Source of the DNA: the human T2T-CHM13v2.0 reference genome, Homo sapiens
DNA: 64,000 nucleotides
Strand: one strand, 5' to 3'
Assembly (NCBI RefSeq): GCF_009914755.1
Contig: NC_060947.1
Shown here: one piece after another, positions 1 to 13,200 of the stretch
How positions within the stretch are numbered: position 1 is the stretch's first letter
Layout: every line of letters starts with the position of its first letter
Position numbers and translations under genes: made by a program
The notes under the pieces: generated by a model
Seen by the model: only the letters and a program-made list of their open reading frames with translations
Told to the model about the DNA's origin: nothing
Database searches by the model: none

Positions 1-133
1 TGGACCACTGTGAGTGAACTAGAAATGTCTGATCTCCCTTGGTTTAATGTAGAGGAAGGGATCCAAAGGCTTAGGGAGATTAAAATGCTAGAGTGGTTAG
101 TCACTTTAGACCTACTCATTCGAACTGGGAGAG

Positions 134-512
134 TGTATTAATCCATTTTCACACTGCCAATAAAGATATGCCTGAGACCTGGTAATTTATAACAAAAAGA
201 GGTTTAATTGACTCACAGTTCAGCATGGCTGTGGAGGCCTCAGGAAGCTTACAATCATGGGTGAAGGGAAAGCAAAAACGTCATTCTTCACATGGTGGCA
301 GCAAGGAGAAGTGCCAAGCAAAATGGGGAAAAGCCCCTTATAAAACCATCAGATCTTGTGAGAATTTACTCACCATTAAGAGAACAGCATGACGGTAACC
401 GCCTCTATGATTACATTACCTCTCACAGGGTCCCCCCCCCCATGACACTTGGGGATTATGAGAACCAAAATTAAAGGTGACATTTGGGTGGAGACACAGT
501 CAAACCATATCA
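134..512 (-). mobile_element. MaLR solo LTR (THE1C/D or MSTA type) inserted in HERV-L gag
   Basis: Termini TGTATTAATCCATTTTCACACTGC...CAAACCATATCA match the THE1/MST LTR in reverse. Length 379 bp. Flanks GAGAG/GAAGG look like a decayed 5-bp TSD. Confidence 0.88.
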
Positions 513-1020
513 GAAGGTCTAGAAGACATATCATTCACTAATATCTTGTGACACAGATTCGGGAGGGGAGCACCTGCATCCTTGAAGACCTCTGTGATTG
601 CTCTTCTCTTTATGCCAGACCTTAAAAGTGAGAACTGCAGTCAATCAATTGGAAAACTTAAAGGCAATGAAAACAATTGGATCCTGAGATGGCAGGAGCC
701 AAGTGGCAGCACTCAACCATCAAAGGCAAAGTGGGCATAGTTACCACAAGGGACAACAGAGGCAAAGTAGCAATCAGAATAGTCTGACTTGTGCAGAGCT
801 CTGACATTGGCTAATTAATTACAGTGTTCCTAGAAGTAAAATTGCTAGGAAGCCTACTGCATTCTTACTTGATTTGTGAAAGCAGAAAACTTCCAGGTTG
901 AGTGAATAAAAGACTAATTTGAATTATAAATATAGAGAATCACAGCCCCTCAATCAATTTCCAGACTTGAACCAATTTACAGACACAGAACCCCTTTAAT
1001 GAAGGGTAGGCCAGGTCCCC

Positions 1021-1617
1021 TTGGGGAAAGACCCCACTACACTACTGACAGTTTATACTGTTAATCTTTCTCCCATTTTTCCCCAAGAAGACCTCTGCCC
1101 TTTTACCAGGGTAATTGTGCATTGTAGAAAGGGGAATGATCAGACTTTTCAGGGACTACTGGACACTGGCTCTGAGCTGATGTTGATTCCAGGGGACACA
1201 AAACATCACTGTGGTACTCCAGTTAAGGTAGGAGCTTATGGAGGTCAGGTAATTAATGGAGTTTTAGCGCAGGTTCAACTTAAAGTAGGTCCAGTGGGTC
1301 CCCGGACTCAACCTGTGGTCATTTTTCCAGTGCCAGAATGCATAATTGGCATAAACATAATTACCAGCTGGCAAAAGCTTCACATTGGCTCCCTAACCAG
1401 TTGGGTGAGGGCTATAATGATGGGAACAGCCAAATGGAAGCCATTAGAGCTGCCTCTACCTAGAAAAATAATATATCAAAAACATTATCATATCCCTGAA
1501 GGGATTGCAGAGATTAGTGCCACCATCAAGGACTTGAAAGACACAGGGGTGGTGACTCCCACAACACTCCTGTTCAACTCTACTATTTGGTCTGTGCTGA
1601 AGGAAAATGGATCTTGA
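1021..1617 (+). pseudogene. pro: HERV-L protease / RT N-terminus remnant
   Basis: LLDTGS active-site motif in the ORF track. A stop at 1615-1617 breaks continuity with RT. Confidence 0.85.
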
Positions 1618-2415
1618 TGAATGACATGGATTATTGTAAGCTTAACCAAGTGGTGACTCCAATTGAAGCTGTGGTTTCATTGCTTGGACAAATTTACAAA
1701 TCTCCTGGTACATGGCATACAGCCATTGATTTGGCAAATGCCTTTTTCTCTGTTACTGTCCATAAGGCCCACCAGAAGCAATTTGCCTTCAGCTGGCAAG
1801 GCCAGCTATATAACTTCACTCTCCTACCTCAGGGATATATCAACTCTCCCACTCTGTGACATAACCTCATTTGCAGATATCTTGATCACTTTTCTCTTCC
1901 ACAAGATATCACACTGACTGTTCCATTTTGTTATGCCATTGTGCTGATTGTACCCCGTGAGGAAAAATAGTAAACAAACACACTGTACTGATTGGGGAGA
2001 GATTTGCATGCCAGGGGATGGGAAATAAATCCTACTAAAATTCAGGGACCTTCTACCTCAGTGAAATTTATAGGCATCCAGTGGGGTGGGGCCTGTAAAG
2101 ATATTCTTTCTAGGTGAAAAATAAGTTACTGCATTTGACTGCTCCTACAATCAAAAACTGAAACAATGCCTACAGGACCTATTTGGATTTCAGAAGCAAC
2201 ATATTTCTCATTTGGATGTGTTACTCCAGCTTGTTTATTGAGTGACGTCAAATGCTTCCAGTTTTGAGTGGTGTCTAGAACAAGAGAAGCCTCTGCAACA
2301 GGTCTGCAAATGTCTGTGAAAGCTGCTCTGCCACTGGGGCCATATGACTCAGCAGATCCAATCATGCTTCAGGTATCAGTGGCAGATAGGGATGTTGTTT
2401 GGAGCCTTTGGCAGG
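1587..2415 (+). pseudogene. pol: HERV-L reverse transcriptase remnant, multiply disrupted
   Basis: IDLANAFF and LPQGY motifs. The YxDD region near 1925-1945 is degenerate and the frame is broken by stops and frameshifts. Confidence 0.8.
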
Positions 2416-2803
2416 GAATACAGAGTGAGTAATAGGAGAGGTAGTCATCAATATCAGCTATGACCTTGTGACCAGTTGCAGAAACAAGGATTATAATTGT
2501 CATAAATATTTTCTCCTTATTCTGTTAAGAATGCGTGTGCACGTTTACACTTATACTAAAAATATTTTTATTTCCTTTATTTTTTCTTTATCATGTGACA
2601 TAGTATTTATTGACTTCACATCAACATTTAAGTGGTGTTAACTTTAAGTAATAGCATTTAGGTTAAGGATTAGTGAGCTTCTGGTTGTACAAAGGATAGC
2701 TGTATTATGTTAGCAGTAATTATGATCTTATGATTGTCTTTATTTGAGGATTATGTATGATTTCAGAAGGTGAGTATGGGTTCATGTTTACAAGAGGTGG
2801 ACT

Positions 2804-3352
2804 TGTGATGGTTAATATTGAGTGTCAACTTGATTGGATTGAAGGATGCAAAGTATTGTTCCTGGTTGTGTCTCTGAAGGCATTGCCAAAGAAAATTAAC
2901 ATTTGAGTCAGTGGACTGGGAGAGGCAGGCCCACCCTCAATCTGGGTGGGCACCATCTAATCAGCTGTCAGTGCAGCTAGAATGACGTAGGCAGAAGAAG
3001 GTGAAAGGAGTTGACTTGCTGAGTATTCTGGTCTTCATCTTTCTCCTGTGCTGGATGCTTCCCACCCTCGAACAGCAGACTCCAAGTTTTTCACCTTTGG
3101 AACTCTTGAACTTACACCAGTGCCTCTCAAGCCTTCAGCCACAGAGTTAAGGCTGCACTGTTGGCTTCCCTACTTTTGAGGTTTTGGGACTCGGACTGAG
3201 TCACTACTAGCCTCTTTGCTCCTCAACTTGCAGACAGCCTATTGTGGGAATTCACCTTGTGATTGTGTGAGTCAATTCTCCTTAATGAACTCACTTGCAT
3301 ATATACATGTATCCTATTAATTCTGTCCCTCAAGAGAACCCTGACTAATACA
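2804..3352 (+). mobile_element. MLT2A (probably MLT2A2) 3' LTR of HERV-L
   Basis: Starts TGTGATGGTTAATATTGAGTGTCAACTTGATTGG and ends CCCTGACTAATACA. Length 549 bp, directly after the PPT. Confidence 0.9.
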
Positions 3353-3649
3353 GTTGCCATTACTGCTATTATTATGTTTGTTGTCCAAACCCAATCCCCA
3401 CACCTGTCTTCAAAGTCCCATTTCTGGCTGCTTCTTGGGGTATTGCACTTACTCCCCTATAATTTCCACATTTTCCCTTCTAGTAGTATTTTTGTTTTAA
3501 CCTCACCATATAAGGTCAATTCTCTCATGTCTCTAAAGAATCTTCTTTTTCTGCTTTTATTTCTTTCTGAAATTATTGTCCTGCACTTTTTATTTGCTTC
3601 ACATCAAGATCCCTGAAAGCTCCTCAACACCTGCTGTGTAGCTCTATTT

Positions 3650-3800
3650 GGTGGTGCATGCCTGTAGTCCTAGCTACTTAGGAGTCTAAAGTGAGATGAT
3701 CACTTAAGCCCAGAAGTTTGAGGTGGCAGTGAGCCATGACTGTGCCACTGGACTTCAGCCTATGAGATAGACTAACACCTTTTCTCTTAAAAAGAGAAAA
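3650..3800 (+). mobile_element. Old Alu monomer (FRAM/FLAM or AluJ right arm)
   Basis: GGTGGTGCATGCCTGTAGTCCTAGCTACT...GCAGTGAGCCATGACTGTGCCACTG followed by an A-rich tail. Confidence 0.75.
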
Positions 3801-3829
3801 GAATGTGCTGTGTCTACTTTTTTCCCTTA

Positions 3830-4150
3830 ATATGAAAATATGAACCAACCACATTTTGACCTCTACCCTGCAGAAACTGCTTTTCAAAAGTTTCCTGTAA
3901 TGTACAAGATGTTAAATCTAATGAATGATTTTTAGTTTTTTTGCTATTTTAGTCCTCAGGAATAATAATAACAACATTGTAAAAAGTTCCATCCTTCTAA
4001 AAACTCCCCTCTTTATTCCTCCCTCCCCTTTTCCCTCTCCCTCTCTTTCTCCTTGAGTGCTTTTATTCTTTCATAACCTTAGATCCCTGTGCTTAGTGTG
4101 GTACTGGTACATGGTTAGTCCTAAGAAAAATTTCTGGAATTAATTAAAAT
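3830..4150 (+). mobile_element. Highly diverged L2 fragments (ORF2 piece and 3' terminus)
   Basis: GAAACTGCTTTTCAAAAG...AAATCTAATG resembles the L2 RT region. 4085-4150 resembles the L2 3' end. Confidence 0.4.
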
Positions 4151-4289
4151 GTTTTTGATAAGAAAAAAATAAAAAAGAGCTAAGGAATATGAGTGAAGAA
4201 ATAAAAATATACTAGTCTTACAATTCTTCTACTATGAAAGGAATATAATATTATTTTTAAATAAACTTGGATTATTTAAAATGTATATT

Positions 4290-6660
4290 TGGGGGCTGTG
4301 GTTCAAGACGACTGACTGGAACTATCTACTAGCTGCCTTTCACAGAGAGGAAACAAAATATCAAGTAAATAATAGTTCTTCAAGTGGATCGTCTAATAAA
4401 TTACTCTGGGATTCACCAAAGAAGCAACAGGACTCAGGGAGACTAGGGAGAAGTGAAGCCAGGCAGCTGTACACCGACGACTGGTAAGGAGTCTGGAAAA
4501 GCTCCATAATGTGGGGAAAGGGTGAGTGAGTGAGAGTCTTTAAAGGATTCACACTTCCACCATAGACCCTTGCAATCCTAGGCATAAAAAAGCCCCCTTG
4601 ATTTCCCCAGTCCTTCATACTGGCACAGAGAGCTGTCAGAGATTTGTGCAGAGGCACTAATCAAGCTTACATGGAACCCCATGGACACGTCCCTGAACAG
4701 CCTGGTGCCAGCTGCCATCACCCCACCATAAAGGGAGGTGAGGTGGTTTTGCAAGTCCCTATGATAGGTGCCACAGCCATGGTACTGAGGAGCAGCCCGA
4801 CAGTGTACTGTGCAACCCCTCACCTCCCCTACTCTTTGCCAAGTAGGGCTCACCTAATTAGGCTCCCAGTGCTGCTGCCCCACCCCCACCTGGAAACTGC
4901 AGCCAGACATGGCTGGCTCTGCATTCCTCTGGGACCAAAACTGCCATAAGTAGCTGATTAGGCCCTTTGCAATTGCCCCTACCACTCCCTCTGCCCCGTC
5001 ACCCATGGTTAAAGAGGGACTGAGAAGGCTGACACTTCCAAGTACCTCCAGCATGTATGCCACAGCCAAGAATATGGAGGAGCAGAGAGCAGATTGCATG
5101 CCTTACAACACCCTGCCTCCACTACTCACTGATAAATGAGGCTTGCCACCTTACAGCCCCCAGCACGCCCACCCTGCCCATGCCTGAACATAGCAGTCGT
5201 GGCTATGCACTGAGTGCATAGCTCCCAGAGGTAGCTTACAGGGCTTTTGTGATTGTTGCTCTCATTGCCTCTGCCCCGGCTTCTCCCAGGCCATAAAGGG
5301 ATCAAGTAAGCTGGGCACTTTCATGGGTCTTCAGGGTGGATGCTACCGCCAAAATATAAAATATTTGGCAGAAGTAGACAGACTGTGCAACGCATGACTC
5401 CTTTCCTCTGCTGTTCCTTGCCAAAATGGAGCTCACTAAGTTGCACCCCCATGCAACCTTCCCACCCTCATATAAATATTCCAGACATGGCTCAGTTCAA
5501 TTGAGGGCCCAATTCCCTGAAGCCAGCAAGTAGCATTTTCCATTTGATACTATCAACACCTTCATGCCTACCACCTCCAGGCTAGCATGGGAGTGAGAAG
5601 ATTTGGCACCCTTGCACACCTCCCACAGTGAAATCCAGCATTATTCATGTGGGACGGAATTGTGAGCATGCCACATGTCCAGGAGCCACCAGTCTCCATT
5701 AACCCAACTGAAGGGTCCTTTCCTCCTCAGTGAAAAGCCTAGAGCACAGCTTTTCTGCCTCCTCTTGAACATGAGGCCCGGCACTCTTCTGAGAATATTT
5801 GACCCACAGTTTTTCTGAGAATACAACTTCCATGGGCCTGTAATCTTTCCTTGGGCTTCTACCACCTGAGCTGCCTGCCCCCATCTGAGAAGTCTGCCAG
5901 TGACCCAAAGACCAGCCCACCCTTTCCCATCACAACAGCATCTGTTGGGAACAGGCCCCCAAATCTGGCCATAAACTGGCCCCAAAACTGGCCATAAACA
6001 AAATCTCTGCAGCATTGTGACATGTTTGTGATGGTCATGACACCCACACCAAAGTTTGTTGGTTTACTGGAGTAAGGGCAAGGAACACCTGACCCACCCA
6101 GGGAGAAAAACTGCTTAAAGGCATTCCTAAACCACAAACAATGGCATGAGTGATCTGTGCCTTAAGGACGTGTTCTGCTGCAGATAACTAGCCAGAGCCC
6201 ATCCCTTAGTTTTGGTCTATCCCTTTGTTTCCTGTAAGGAATACTATTAGTTAATCTGTAATCTATAGAAACAATGCTTATCACTGGCTTGATGTCAATA
6301 AATATGTGGGTAAATCTCTGGGGCTCTCAGCTCTGAAGGCTGTCAGCCCCCAATCCCCACTCAACACTCTATATTTCTGTGTGTGTGTCTTTAATTCCTC
6401 TAGCACTGCTGGGTTAGGTTCTCCATGACCAAGCTCGTCTCGGCAGCATCTGAACTCCGGCGTAGTCCAATCCTAGTTTAGTCCATTCAGCACTCATACA
6501 TGCTGCCTAGTGAGCCATCAAGGGGCCTAGGAACTGAGAAATTACCTGGCTTACTCCAACATTGCTTGGACCTGACCACTTTCCCCAGGGCCTGAGGTCA
6601 GGTCCACCCAGCCAGCCAACAACACCACAACCAACACTCACATGGACCCAAAAGTGGATT
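4290..6660 (+). mobile_element. Old primate L1 5' UTR (L1P4 / L1PA15-16-like), interrupted by MER9
   Basis: Starts GGGGGCTGTGGTTCAAGACGACTGACTGG, like the CAAGATGGCTGACTAG start of old L1 5'UTRs. C-rich, CpG-decayed sequence continues on both sides of the LTR. The right boundary is approximate. Confidence 0.55.
5943..6445 (+). mobile_element. MER9 solo LTR (HERV-K HML-3)
   Basis: Starts TGTTGGGAACAGGCCCCCAAATCTGGCCATAAACTGGCCCC, ends CTCGGCA, AATAAA at ~6297. Direct repeat GCATC at 5938-5942 and 6446-6450. Confidence 0.88.
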
Positions 6661-6729
6661 CCCCCTTTCTACACAAAACAAGAGTTTAATCATATCAGTG
6701 AATAGGGGAGACAAAGATGTTTGTATCAG

Positions 6730-6790
6730 GCCGAGATAATGCCACTGTACTCCAGCCTGGGCAACAGAGTGAGACTCCATGTCAAAAAAT
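6730..6790 (+). mobile_element. Alu 3'-terminal fragment
   Basis: GCCGAGATAATGCCACTGTACTCCAGCCTGGGCAACAGAGTGAGACTCCATGTCAAAAAA. Confidence 0.8.
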
Positions 6791-6793
6791 AGA

Positions 6794-8125
6794 TTTTGAA
6801 GTAAAATTGATATACAGAAAATTGCACACATTTAATGTATACAATTCATTGAGTATGGGCATATGAACACATCCATAATACCGTCACCATATTCAAGTTA
6901 ATAAATATACTGATAACCTCCAAAATTTTTATTCTGCTCCACTACTTTTTTGTGTGTGTTAAAACACTTAGCATGAGATATTCCCTCTTAACAATTTTTT
7001 AAGTGTAAAATGATGTGTTGCTAACTATAGTTATCACAATATGCATTGTATCTCCTAACATATTCATCTTTATAACTATCATTTCGTACTCTTAACTAAC
7101 ATCACCCCATTCTCACCTACCTCTAGCTTTTGCAACCACCATTTTACTCTCTGCTTCTATGGGTTTGACTACTTTAGATTCCACATGTAAGTGAGATCAT
7201 TCAGCCTTTGTCTTTCTGTGTATTTTTCCAATTAGCATAAAACCCTATATGTGTATGGCAGAGTTTTTTTTTCCTTTTTTCAGACTGCATAATTGTCCTT
7301 TGTGTGTTAAATATTTTAATTAGTTCATACTAATTAATATTAGTAATACTACTAATATGGTCACACTTTGTTTTCATATTTTGGCTATTATGAATAATTT
7401 TGCCACAAACAATGGGGTGAAGATATCACTTTAATATGGTGATTATAATTTATTTGTTTATAAACTCAGAAGTGAGATTTCCTCATCAACACATTTTTTT
7501 TTTTTTTTTCTTTTTTACTTTTGGGTAATAGCCATCCAGCACATGTGAGTTCATGTCTCATCGCAGTTTTTATTTGCATTTCCCTAACGATTGGTGGTGT
7601 TGAGTACATTTCCATATACTTATTGATCATTTATATCTTTCTTGAAAAAAATATGTGTATTCAGGTTCTTTGCCCAAGTTTTAATCAAGTTTATTTTTAT
7701 ATGTATTTATTTATTTAGCTATTTACTTCTAGGAATCCCTTATATATTTTGGAGCTAAATCTCTTATTGGGTATATGGTTTATAAAGATTGGCTTTTGAT
7801 TTTGTGGATTGTTTTCTTTACTGTGAAGAAACTTTTTGGTTTGATGTAGTCTCACTTGTTTAGTTTTGCTTTAATTGCCTACAATTTTGGTGTCATATCT
7901 GAAGAACCATTGCCAAGGCCAATGTCAAGGAGTTTTTCCACTATGTGTATTTCCAGGAGTTTCAGAATTCCAAGTCTTTTATATAAATCTTTAATCCATT
8001 TTGAGTTAATTATTATAACTGGATTTTGCATGTAAATATCAGATTTTCCAACATCAGTTATTAAAAATACTGTTCTTTTCCCAGTGTGTATTATTGATGT
8101 CTTTGTTGAAGATTAGTTGATTGTA
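6794..8125 (-). mobile_element. L1M (L1MA/L1MB-type) 3' end
   Basis: T-rich antisense L1 3'UTR and ORF2-end motifs (GATTCCACATGTAAGTGAGATCAT, TTTATTTGCATTTCCCTAA, CCATTGCCAAGGCCAATGTCAAGGAG). Confidence 0.75.
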
Positions 8126-8126
8126 T

Positions 8127-8280
8127 GCTGTAGTCTAAGTCTGTCCCTCAAAATTCATATGTTGAACCTTAACCACCAATATAATAGTGTTAAATGATAG
8201 AGCTTATAAGAGAAGATTAAGTCATAAGGGTGAAGCCCTCATAGATGAATTTAGGGTCCTCATAAAAAAGCTTGAGAAAT
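8127..8280 (+). mobile_element. MaLR LTR 5' fragment (MLT1A/MST-like)
   Basis: TGCTGTAGTCT...CCCTCAAAATTCATATGTTGAACCTTAACCACCAAT...GGGTGAAGCCCTCAT. Confidence 0.65.
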
Positions 8281-9919
8281 GTGTTTTTTTCCATTTTCGT
8301 ATTTTTGATTTTTGTGGGTACATAGTAGGTGTACATATTTATGAGGTACATAAGACACTTTGATACAGGCAAGCAATGCATAATAATCAAATCAGGATAA
8401 TGCAATGCATAATAATCACATCAGGGAAATGTGGTAATGTGGTATCCATCCCCTCAAGAATTTATCCTTTCTGTCATGAACAACCAAATGATACCCTTTC
8501 AGTTATTTTTAAATGAACAATTATTTTGTGTTTACTCTAGTCACCCCATTGTGTAATCAAATACTAAGTGTTGTTCATTATTTTTGACTACTTTTTGTAC
8601 TCATTAGCCATCTTCAGTTCTCCCAACACCCTCAAATACAGTTTCCAGCCTCTGGTAACCATCCTTCTACTCCCTATCTTCATTAATTTAATTGCTTTCA
8701 TTTTTAGCTCCCACAAATAAATAAAAATATGCAAAGTTTGTCTTTCTGTGCCTGGCATATTTCTCTTAACAGAATTAATTCCAGTTCCATTCATGTTTTT
8801 GTGAATGTCAGGAAATCATTCTTTTTTAATTACTGCATAGTATTCTGTTGTGTACATGTACAATTCATATTTTTGAAATTTTTATTTCAATGGCTTTGGG
8901 GGTATGAGTTGTTGTTTGTTGCACGGATGAATTATGTAGTGGTGAATTCTGAGATTTTAGTGCACCTATAATGCAAGCAGTGTACATTGTACCTAATATG
9001 TAGTTTTTATCAGGGTCCACCCCCCCCCAACTCCCTGTTCTGTGTGTCTAAAGTCCATTATATTACTCTGTATGCCTTTGCATACTCATAGCTTAGCTTA
9101 TACTTATAAGAGAGAAAATACAGTTTTTGGTTTTCCACTCCTGTGTTACTTCACTTAGAATAATGGCCTCCAGCTCCATTCAAGTTCCTGCAAAATACAT
9201 TATTTTACTTCTCTTTATGGTTGAGTAGTATTACATGGTACATATATACCACAATTGATTTATTCACCCATTAGTCAATGGGCACTTAGTTTAATTCACT
9301 GTCTTTTCAATTTTGAATTGTGCTTCTGTAAACATATGTGTGCAAGTGTCTTCTTCATGTAATGACTTCTTTACCTTTGAGTAGATACACAGTAGTGGGA
9401 TTGCAAGATCAAATGATAGATCTACTTTTAGCTCTTTAAAGAATCTCCATACTGTTTTTCATAGAAGCTTTACTAATTTACATTACCACCAGCAATGTGT
9501 GTTTCCTATTCCTGACATCCACACCATCATTTATTGTTCCTTGACTTTTTATAATGGCCATTCTTGTAGGAGTAATGTAGTATTTCACAGTGGTTTTGAT
9601 TTACATTTCCCTAAGGATTAGTGACGCTGAGCATTTTTCCATATGTTTGGTGGCCATTTGTATATCTACTGTCAATAAATATCTATTCATTTCATTCTTT
9701 AACTTTTATCTTAAGTTCAAGGGTACATGTGCAAGTTTGTTACGTAAGTAAACTTGTGTCATGGGGGTTTGTTGTACAGATTATTTCATCAGCCACGTAT
9801 TAAGCCTAGTACCCGTTGGTTATGTTTTCTGATCCTCTCCCTGGTCCCACCCTCCGCCCTCTGATAAACGTCATTGTGTGTTGTTCCCCTCTATGTGTCC
9901 ACATGTTGTCATCACTTAG

Positions 9920-10289
<370 letters not shown>

Positions 10290-13200
10290 CTCTCATTCTT
10301 TTATATGACTGCATAGTGTTCCATAGTGTACATGTACCACTTTTTTATCCAGTCTACCATTCCTGGGCATTTAGGTTGATTCCATGTCTTTGCTAATGTG
10401 AATACCGCTGCAATGAACATTTGTATGCATGTATCTTTATGGTAGAATAATTTCTATTCCTCTGGGTATATATCCAGTAATGGGATTGTTGTGTTGAATG
10501 ATAGTTCTGCTTTTAGCTCTTTGAGGAATCACCATACTATTTTCCACAATGGTTGAACTAATTTACATTCCCACCAACAGTGTATAAGCATTCCGTTTTC
10601 TCCACAACCTCACCAGCATCTGTTGTTTTTTTGCTTTTTAGTAATAGCCATTCTGACCGGTGTGAGATGGTATCTTATTGTGCTTTTAATATGCATTTCT
10701 GCAATGATCAGTGACATTGAGCATTTTATCATTTGACCATTGGCCACATGTATGTCTTCTTTTGAAAAGTGTCTGTTCATGTCCTTTGCCCACTTTTTAT
10801 GGGGTTGTCCATTTGTTTTTATGTAAATTTGTTTATGTTGCTTATAGATGTTGGATATTAGACCTTTGTCAAATGTGCAGCTTACAAATATTTTCTCCCA
10901 TTCTGTAGATTGTTTATTTCATCTGTTAGTTTCTTTTGCTATGCAGAAGCTCTTTAATTTAGTTAAATCCCATTTGTCAATTTTTGCTTTTGTTGAAATT
11001 GCTTTTGGCATCTTCAACATGAAATATTTGTGCTTATGTCTTGAGTGGTATTACCTAGGCTGTCTTCCAGGGCTTTTACATTTTTGGGTTTTACATTTAA
11101 GTCTCTAATCTATCTTGAGTTAATTTTTGTGTATGGTGTAAGAAAGTTGTCCAATTTTAATCTTCTGCTTATGGCTAGCCAGTCATCCCAGCACTATTTA
11201 TTAATAAAAAATATTTTCCCCATTGTTTGTTTTTGTCACTTTTGTAAAATATCTTATTCATGTCTTTTGCCCATGTTTTGTGGGATTATTTATTTTTTTC
11301 TTGGTGATTTATTTTTCTTGTAGATTCTGTATTTATCTTTTGATGGACACCTAGGTTGTTTCTAATTCTTGGCTATTGTTAATAGTGCTTGCAAAAACCG
11401 TGGGAGTGCAGATATTCTTTCAATATACTGACTTCCTGACTTCTTTTTTGGGGGGTATTTATCCAGGAGTGGTGTTGCTGGATTATATGGTAGCTCAATT
11501 TTTATTTTGTTGAAGAACCTCCAAACTGTTCTGCATGGTGGGTGTCCTAATTTACCTTCCCAGCAACAGTGTACAAGGGTTCCCCTTTCTCCACATCTTT
11601 GTCAACATTTGTTCATTCCTGTCTTTCAGATATAAGCTGTTTTCACTCAGATGAGATGATATCTCATTGTAGTTTTGATTTGTATTTCTCTGTCAATCTC
11701 TAATGTTGATCACCTTTTCATATACCTGTTTGTTACTTGTATGTCTTCTTTTGAGAAATTTTTATTCAAATCTTTTGCACATTTTTAAATCAGATTATTA
11801 GATTTTTTTTTCAGTAAAGTTGTTTGTGCTCCTTATACATTCTGGTTATAAATCCCTTGTCAGATGTGTACTTTCCAAATATTTTATCCCATTTTGTGGG
11901 TTATATTTTCACTTTCTTGATAGGTACCTTTGATGTGAAGCAGCATTTTAACTTGATGTAGTATCTTTTATTTATTTTTGCTTTAGTTGCCTGTGCTTGT
12001 GGGGTAATCATCAAAAATTCTTGCCCAGACCAACATCCTAGAGAGTTTCCCAAAAGTTTTTTTGTAATGGTTTCATAGCTTGAAATGTTATGTTTAAGTC
12101 TTTAATGTATTTTGATTTCATTTCTGCATATAGTGAGAGATACAGGTCTAGTTTCATTCTTTTGCATATAGATATTCATTTTCCCAGCACCATTTTTCAA
12201 AGAGAAAGACATTTCTGCAATGTATGTTATTGGCAACTATAAATAAAATGAGTTTACTGTAGGTGTGGGGATTTGTTTTTGAGTTCTACATTATATTCCC
12301 TTGGTCCCTGTGTTGTTTTTTTATGTCAGTACCATGCTGCTTTAGTAAAAAACAGGTTCCATTCCATGAGATAAATACACACATCACAAGGCAATTTCCC
12401 GGATGGATTGTTTCTCACTTTTATCATTGGATATTTGTTTTTTCCTTATAGTATTCAATGGGTCCAGAAATGTCTCTTCAGAGATCCTGCAATAAGAGAG
12501 TTTCCAGTCAGCTGAATCAAAACACAGGTTCCACTCTGTAAGATGAATTCACACAGCCCATACCATCTTGACAGATAACTTTCTAGTTTTTATCACTGGA
12601 TATTAAGTTTTTCCTTACTGGCTTCAATGGGTTCAGAAATGCCCCTTTCCAGATGCATCAAAAAGAGTGTTTCCAAACTGCTAAACCAAAACACAGGTTC
12701 CATTCTATGAGATGAATCCGCACATCAGAAAGCACTATCACAGATACCTTGTTTCTAGTTTTTATCTCTGGATATTCAATTTTTCCTTATAGGCCTCAAC
12801 AGATAAGAAATGTCCCATAGTAGATCCTACAAAAAAGTGTTTCCAATCTGGTAAATGCAAACACAATTTCCACTCTGTGAGTTGAGTCCACACATCACAA
12901 AGCATTTTCACAGATAGCTTGTTTCTAGTTTATACCGCTAGATATTCAGTTTTTTCTTATGGGCCTCAATCGGCTTAGAAATGTTCCTTTGTAGATCCTA
13001 CAAAAAACTTTTTCCAACATGCTGAATCAAAACACGAGTTCCATTCTGTGAAACGAATCCACACATAGCAAAGCGTTTTGGCAGATAGCTTGTTGATAGT
13101 TTTTATCTCTGTATATTCAGTTTTTCCTTACAGGCCACAATGGACTCAGAAATGTCCCTTCATAGATTAAACAAAAAGAGTGTTTTGAACCTGCTGAATT

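Larger units (their letters stand above)
1..2803 (+). mobile_element. HERV-L internal region (degenerate gag-pro-pol, internal deletion at ~2415, 3' UTR and PPT)
   Basis: ORF 1021-1617 has the retroviral protease motif LLDTGS and HERV-L-type KWKPLELPLP. ORF 1587-1859 has RT motifs DYCKLN, IDLANAFF and LPQGY. A purine-rich tract (CAAGAGGTGGACT) lies directly before the MLT2 LTR. Confidence 0.9.

Noticed and set aside
7313-7360. AT-rich quasi-palindrome ATATTAGTAATACTACTAATAT
   Set aside because: Short, low complexity and inside a decayed L1, so expected by chance or from local repair.
8373-8430. 29-bp tandem duplication (GCAATGCATAATAATCA..) in L1MA
   Set aside because: Real, but an ordinary local slippage event in a dead element.
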